From Eledone cirrhosa (taxonomy: Eukaryota): a DNA stretch of 64,000 bases. Every line of letters begins with the position of its first letter. Position 1 is the stretch's first letter. A program made the translations under genes and the position numbers. The stretch is taken from the NCBI GenBank assembly GCA_964016885.1, contig OZ024745.1, forward strand, positions 6,634,001 through 6,698,000. The letters run 5' to 3'. Of this stretch, positions 55,860 to 64,000 are shown one piece after another. The notes under the pieces are model-generated. The model was given only the letters and a program-made list of their open reading frames with translations. It had not been told where the DNA came from and made no database searches.

Positions 55860-58800
55860 GACACATTCATTTGGTCTCTATTGGTGACATGCCACATTCA
55901 TTTGGTCTCTATTGGTGACATGCCACATTCATTTGGTCTCTATTGGTGACATGCCACGTTCACTTTGTCTCTATTGGTGACATGCCACATTCACTTTGTC
56001 TCTATTGGTGACATAACACATTCACTTTGTCTCTATTGGTGACATGACACATTCACTCTGTCTCTATTAGTGACATAACACATTCACATTGTCTCTATTG
56101 GTGACATGACACATTTACTTTGTCTCTATTGGTGACATGACACATTCACTTTGTCTCTATTAGTGACGTGACACATTCACTTTTTCTCTATTGGTGACAT
56201 GACACATTCACATTGTCTCTATTGGTGACATGACACATTCACTTTGTCTCTATTGGTGACAGGACACATTCATTTGGTCTCTATTGGTGACATGACACAT
56301 TCACTTTGTCTCTATTGCTGACATGACACATTCACATTGTCTCTATTGGTGACATGACACATTCACATTGTCTCTATTGGTGACATGACACATTCATTTT
56401 GTGTCTATTGGTGACATGACACATTCATTTGGTCTCTATTGGATTACATGACACATTCACTTTGTCTCTATTGGTGACATGACACATTCATTTGGTCTCT
56501 ATTGGTGACATGACACATTCATTTGGTCTCTATTGGTGACATTACACCTTCATTTGCTCTCTATTGGTGACATGACACATTCATTTGGTCTCTATTGATG
56601 ACGTGACACATTCATTTGGTCTCTATTGGTGACATGACACGTTCATTTGGTCTCTATTGGTGACATGACACATTCATTTGGTCTCTATTGGAGACATGAC
56701 ACATTCATTTTGTCTCTATTGGTGACATGACACATTCACTTTGTCTCTATTCGTGACATGACACATTCACTTTGTCTCTATTGGTGACATGACACATTCA
56801 TTTTGTGTCTATTAGTGACATGACACATTCATTTGGTCTCTATTGGTGACATGACACATTCATTTGGTCTCTATTGGTGACATGACACATTCATTTGGTC
56901 TCTATTAGTGACATGACACATTCACTTTGTCTCTATTGGTGACATGACACATTCACTTTGTCTCTATTGGTGACATGACACATTCACTTGTTCTCTATTG
57001 GTGACATGACACATTCACTTTGTCTCTATTGGTGACATGACACATTCACTTTGTCTCTATTGGTGGCATGACACATTCATTTGGTCTCTATTGGTGACAT
57101 GACACATTCATTTGTCTCTATTGGTGACATGACACATTTATTTGGACTCTATTGGTGACATGACACATTCACTTTGTCTCTAATGGTGACATGACACATT
57201 CACTTTGTCTCTATTGGTGACATGACACATTCACTTTGTCTCTATTGGTGACATGACACATTCATTTTGTGTCTATTAGTGACATGACACATTCATTTGG
57301 TCTCTATTGGTGACATGACACATTCATTTGGTCTCTATTGGTGACATGACACATTCATTTGGTCTCTATTAGTGACATGACACATTCACTTTGTCTCTAT
57401 TGGTGACATGACACATTCACTTTGTCTCTATTGGTGACATGACACATTCACTTGGTCTCTATTGGTGACATGACACATTCACTTTGTCTCTATTGGTGAC
57501 ATGACACATTCATTTGGTCTCTATTGGTGACATGACACATTCATTTGTTGTCTATTGGTGACATGTCACATTCATTTGGTCTCTATTGGTGACATGACAC
57601 ATTCACTTTGTCTCTATTGGGGACATGACACATTCACTTTGTCTCTATTGGTGACATGACACATTCATTTTGTGTCTTTTGGTGACATGACACATTCATT
57701 TTGTGTCGATTGGTGACATGACACATTCATTTGGTCTCTATTGGTGACATGACACATTCATTTGGTCTCTATTGGTGACATGACACATTCACTTTGTCTC
57801 TATTGGTGACGTGACACATTCACTTTGTCTCTATTGTTGACATGACACATTTACTCTGTCTCTATTGGTGACATGACACATTCATCTTGTCTCTATTGGT
57901 GACATGACACATTCATTTTGTCTCTATTGGTGACATGACACATTCACTTTGTCTCTATTGGTGACATGACACATTCACTTTGTCTCTATTGGTGACATGA
58001 CACATTCATTTGGTCTCTATTGGTGACATGACACATTCATTTGGTCTCTATTGGTGACATGACACATTCACTCTGTCTCTATTGGACACATGACACATTC
58101 ACATTGTCTCTATTGGTGACATGACACATTCACATTGTCTCTATTGGTGACATGACACATTCATTTTGTGTCTATTGGTGACATGACACATTCATTTGGT
58201 CTCTATTGGATTACATGACACATTCACTTTGTCTCTATTGGTGACATGACACATTCATTTGGTCTCTATTGGTGACATGACACATTCATTTGGTCTCTAT
58301 TGGTGACATTACACCTTCATTTGCTCTCTATTGGTGACATGACACATTCATTTGGTCTCTATTGATGACGTGACACATTCATTTGGTCTCTATTGGTGAC
58401 ATGACACGTTCATTTGGTCTATATTGGTGACATGACACATTCATTTGGTCTCTATTGGAGACATGACACATTCATTTTGTCTCTATTGGTGACATGACAC
58501 ATTCACTTTGTCTCTATTCGTGACATGACACATTCACTTTGTCTCTATTGGTGACATGACACATTCATTTTGTGTCTATTAGTGACATGACACATTCATT
58601 TGGTCTCTATTGGTGACATGACACATTCATTTGGTCTCTATTGGTGACATGACACATTCATTTGGTCTCTATTAGTGACATGACACATTCACTTTGTCTC
58701 TATTGGTGACATGACACATTCACTTTGTCTCTATTGGTGACATGACACATTCACTTGGTCTCTATTGGTGACATGACACATTCACTTTGTCTCTATTGGT

Positions 58801-61800
58801 GACATGACACATTCACTTTGTCTCTATTGGTGGCATGACACATTCATTTGGTCTCTATTGGTGACATGACACATTCATTTGTCTCTATTGGTGACATGAC
58901 ACATTTATTTGGACTCTATTGGTGACATGACACATTCACTTTGTCTCTAATGGTGACATGACACATTCACTTTGTCTCTATTGGTGACATGACACATTCA
59001 CTTTGTCTCTATTGGTGACATGACACATTCATTTTGTGTCTATTATTGACATGACACATTCATTTGGTCTCTATTGGTGACATGACACATTCATTTGGTC
59101 TCTATTGGTGACATGACACATTCATTTGGTCTCTATTAGTGACATGACACATTCACTTTGTCTCTATTGGTGACATGACACATTCACTTTGTCTCTATTG
59201 GTGACATGACACATTCACTTGGTCTCTATTGGTGACATGACACATTCACTTTGTCTCTATTGGTGACATGACACATTCATTTGGTCTCTATTGGTGACAT
59301 GACACATTCATTTGTTGTCTATTGGTGACATGTCACATTCATTTGGTCTCTATTGGTGACATGACACATTCACTTTGTCTCTATTGGGGACATGACACAT
59401 TCACTTTGTCTCTATTGGTGACATGACACATTCATTTTGTGTCTTTTGGTGACATGACACATTCATTTTGTGTCGATTGGTGACATGACACATTCATTTG
59501 GTCTCTATTGGTGACATGACACATTCATTTGGTCTCTATTGGTGACATGACACATTCACTTTGTCTCTATTGGTGACGTGACACATTCACTTTGTCTCTA
59601 TTGTTGACATGACACATTTACTCTGTCTCTATTGGTGACATGACACATTCATCTTGTCTCTATTGGTGACATGACACATTCATTTTGTCTCTATTGGTGA
59701 CATGACACATTCACTTTGTCTCTATTGGTGACATGACACATTCACTTTGTCTCTATTGGTGACATGACACATTCATTTGGTCTCTATTGGTGACATGACA
59801 CATTCATTTGGTCTCTATTGGTGACATGACACATTCACTCTGTCTCTATTGGACACATGACACATTCACATTGTCTCTATTGGTGACATGACACATTCAT
59901 TTGGTCTCTATTGGTGACATGACACATTCATCTGGTCTCTATTGGTGACATGACACATTCATTTGTTCTCTATTGGTGACATAACACATTCACTTTGTCT
60001 CTATTGGTGACATGACACATTCATTTTATCTCAATTGGTTGCATGACACATTCACTTTGTCTCTATTGGTGACATGACACATTCATTTTGTCTCTATTGG
60101 TGACATGACACATTCACTTTGTCTCTATTGGTAACATGACACATTCACTTTGTCTCTATTGGTGACGTGACACATTCATTTGGTCTCTATTGGTGACATG
60201 ACACATTCATTTGGTCTCTATTGGTGACATGACACATTCACTTTGTCCCTACTGGTGACATGACACATTCAATTGTTCTCTATTGCTGACATGACACATT
60301 AACTTTGTCTCTATTGCTGAAAAGACACATTCACTTTGTCTCTATTGGTGACAAGACACATTCATTTTGTCTCTATTGGTGACATGACACATTCATTTTG
60401 TCTTTATTGGTGACATGACACATTGATTTTGTCTCTATTGGTGACATGACACTTTCACTTTGTCTCTATTGCTGACATGACACATTCACTTTGTCTCTAT
60501 TGGTGACATGACACATTCACTTGGTCTCTATTGGTGACATGACACATTCACTTTGTCTCTATTGGTGACATGACACATTCACTTTGTCTCTATTGGTGGC
60601 ATGACACATTCATTTGGTCTCTATTGGTGACATGACACATTCATTTGTCTCTATTGGTGACATGACACATTTATTTGGACTCTATTGGTGACATGACACA
60701 TTCACTTTGTCTCTAATGGTGACATGACACATTCACTTTGTCTCTATTGGTGACATGACACATTCACTTTGTCTCTATTGGTGACATGACACATTCATTT
60801 TGTGTCTATTATTGACATGACACATTCATTTGGTCTCTATTGGTGACATGACACATTCATTTGGTCTCTATTGGTGACATGACACATTCATTTGGTCTCT
60901 ATTAGTGACATGACACATTCACTTTGTCTCTATTGGTGACATGACACATTCACTTTGTCTCTATTGGTGACATGACACATTCACTTGGTCTCTATTGGTG
61001 ACATGACACATTCACTTTGTCTCTATTGGTGACATGACACATTCATTTGGTCTCTATTGGTGACATGCCACATTCATTTGGTCTCTATTGGTGACATGCC
61101 ACATTCATTTGGTCTCTATTGGTGACATGCCACGTTCACTTTGTCTCTATTGGTGACATGCCACATTCACTTTGTCTCTATTGGTGACATAACACATTCA
61201 CTTTGTCTCTATTGGTGACATGACACATTCACTCTGTCTCTATTAGTGACATAACACATTCACATTGTCTCTATTGGTGACATGACACATTTACTTTGTC
61301 TCTATTGGTGACATGACACATTCACTTTGTCTCTATTAGTGACGTGACACATTCACTTTTTCTCTATTGGTGACATGACACATTCACATTGTCTCTATTG
61401 GTGACATGACACATTCACTTTGTCTCTATTGGTGACAGGACACATTCATTTGGTCTCTATTGGTGACATGACACATTCACTTTGTCTCTATTGCTGACAT
61501 GACACATTCACATTGTCTCTATTGGTGACATGACACATTCACATTGTCTCTATTGGTGACATGACACATTCATTTTGTGTCTATTGGTGACATGACACAT
61601 TCATTTGGTCTCTATTGGATTACATGACACATTCACTTTGTCTCTATTGGTGACATGACACATTCATTTGGTCTCTATTGGTGACATGACACATTCATTT
61701 GGTCTCTATTGGTGACATTACACCTTCATTTGCTCTCTATTGGTGACATGACACATTCATTTGGTCTCTATTGATGACGTGACACATTCATTTGGTCTCT

Positions 61801-64000
61801 ATTGGTGACATGACACGTTCATTTGGTCTCTATTGGTGACATGACACATTCATTTGGTCTCTATTGGAGACATGACACATTCATTTTGTCTCTATTGGTG
61901 ACATGACACATTCACTTTGTCTCTATTCGTGACATGACACATTCACTTTGTCTCTATTGGTGACATGACACATTCATTTTGTGTCTATTAGTGACATGAC
62001 ACATTCATTTGGTCTCTATTGGTGACATGACACATTCATTTGGTCTCTATTGGTGACATGACACATTCATTTGGTCTCTATTAGTGACATGACACATTCA
62101 CTTTGTCTCTATTGGTGACATGACACATTCACTTTGTCTCTATTGGTGACATGACACATTCACTTGTTCTCTATTGGTGACATGACACATTCACTTTGTC
62201 TCTATTGGTGACATGACACATTCACTTTGTCTCTATTGGTGGCATGACACATTCATTTGGTCTCTATTGGTGACATGACACATTCATTTGTCTCTATTGG
62301 TGACATGACACATTTATTTGGACTCTATTGGTGACATGACACATTCACTTTGTCTCTAATGGTGACATGACACATTCACTTTGTCTCTATTGGTGACATG
62401 ACACATTCACTTTGTCTCTATTGGTGACATGACACATTCATTTTGTGTCTATTAGTGACATGACACATTCATTTGGTCTCTATTGGTGACATGACACATT
62501 CATTTGGTCTCTATTGGTGACATGACACATTCATTTGGTCTCTATTAGTGACATGACACATTCACTTTGTCTCTATTGGTGACATGACACATTCACTTTG
62601 TCTCTATTGGTGACATGACACATTCACTTGGTCTCTATTGGTGACATGACACATTCACTTTGTCTCTATTGGTGACATGACACATTCATTTGGTCTCTAT
62701 TGGTGACATGACACATTCATTTGTTGTCTATTGGTGACATGTCACATTCATTTGGTCTCTATTGGTGACATGACACATTCACTTTGTCTCTATTGGGGAC
62801 ATGACACATTCACTTTGTCTCTATTGGTGACATGACACATTCATTTTGTGTCTTTTGGTGACATGACACATTCATTTTGTGTCGATTGGTGACATGACAC
62901 ATTCATTTGGTCTCTATTGGTGACATGACACATTCATTTGGTCTCTATTGGTGACATGACACATTCACTTTGTCTCTATTGGTGACGTGACACATTCACT
63001 TTGTCTCTATTGTTGACATGACACATTTACTCTGTCTCTATTGGTGACATGACACATTCATCTTGTCTCTATTGGTGACATGACACATTCATTTTGTCTC
63101 TATTGGTGACATGACACATTCACTTTGTCTCTATTGGTGACATGACACATTCACTTTGTCTCTATTGGTGACATGACACATTCATTTGGTCTCTATTGGT
63201 GACATGACACATTCATTTGGTCTCTATTGGTGACATGACACATTCACTCTGTCTCTATTGGACACATGACACATTCACATTGTCTCTATTGGTGACATGA
63301 CACATTCACATTGTCTCTATTGGTGACATGACACATTCATTTTGTGTCTATTGGTGACATGACACATTCATTTGGTCTCTATTGGATTACATGACACATT
63401 CACTTTGTCTCTATTGGTGACATGACACATTCATTTGGTCTCTATTGGTGACATGACACATTCATTTGGTCTCTATTGGTGACATTACACCTTCATTTGC
63501 TCTCTATTGGTGACATGACACATTCATTTGGTCTCTATTGATGACGTGACACATTCATTTGGTCTCTATTGGTGACATGACACGTTCATTTGGTCTATAT
63601 TGGTGACATGACACATTCATTTGGTCTCTATTGGAGACATGACACATTCATTTTGTCTCTATTGGTGACATGACACATTCACTTTGTCTCTATTCGTGAC
63701 ATGACACATTCACTTTGTCTCTATTGGTGACATGACACATTCATTTTGTGTCTATTAGTGACATGACACATTCATTTGGTCTCTATTGGTGACATGACAC
63801 ATTCATTTGGTCTCTATTGGTGACATGACACATTCATTTGGTCTCTATTAGTGACATGACACATTCACTTTGTCTCTATTGGTGACATGACACATTCACT
63901 TTGTCTCTATTGGTGACATGACACATTCACTTGGTCTCTATTGGTGACATGACACATTCACTTTGTCTCTATTGGTGACATGACACATTCACTTTGTCTC
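55860..64000 (+). repeat. Nested higher-order repeats: 1767-bp unit (57 monomers) inside a 5176-bp unit (167 monomers minus 1 nt)
   Basis: GGATTACATG at 56441, 58208, 61617, 63384; GTCGATT at 57705, 59472, 62881; GGACACATG at 58084, 59851, 63260; GCCAC cluster at 55891 and 61067. Confidence 0.85.

Larger units (their letters stand above)
2231..64000 (+). repeat. 31-bp satellite DNA array, ~1,990 head-to-tail copies, continues past the window end
   Basis: Monomer TCTATTGGTGACATGACACATTCACTTTGTC. Monomer starts at 2231, 2541 and 20831 are 10 and 600 units from the first. All copies share one orientation, and I saw no spacers or foreign insertions. Monomers typically differ from the consensus by 0-3 substitutions. 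Confidence 0.99.

Noticed and set aside
2231-64000. CRISPR array (repeat length is in the CRISPR range)
   Set aside because: The repeats are directly head-to-tail with no unique spacers, there are no cas genes, and the context is eukaryotic retroelements.
2231-64000. Repetitive protein-coding sequence
   Set aside because: The monomer has TGA twice on + and TGA/TAG on -, and 31 is not a multiple of 3, so every frame hits stops within about three monomers. The ORF track shows nothing here.

Overview
Eukaryotic, non-coding, repeat-dominated window. Bases 1-2230 are a short mosaic. It holds an A-rich unique stretch, a decayed tRNA-derived SINE on the minus strand (~803-947) that I recall as resembling octopus SINEs, and a 5'-truncated 3' end of an L1/Tx1-type non-LTR retrotransposon (~998-1772, minus) with an open CCHC zinc-knuckle frame. 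These are followed by a G-rich 39-bp minisatellite (10 copies, 1774-2146) and an ~85-bp spacer. From ~2231 to the window end runs one uninterrupted head-to-tail array of a 31-bp satellite (consensus TCTATTGGTGACATGACACATTCACTTTGTC, about 1,990 copies). The array is not a CRISPR array and is not coding. Rare variant monomers show it was built by nested kb-scale duplications at whole-monomer offsets (3, 10, 23, 47, 50, 57, 66, 68, 82, 90, 167, 184 and 313 monomers), arranged in successive domains whose mutation history can be partly ordered. I see no host gene and no clear evidence of a new multi-gene system. The most interesting signals are the higher-order architecture of the array, its sharp left edge, and a possible inverted relationship between the 39-bp and 31-bp repeats. 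All offsets were counted by hand and block boundaries are approximate.
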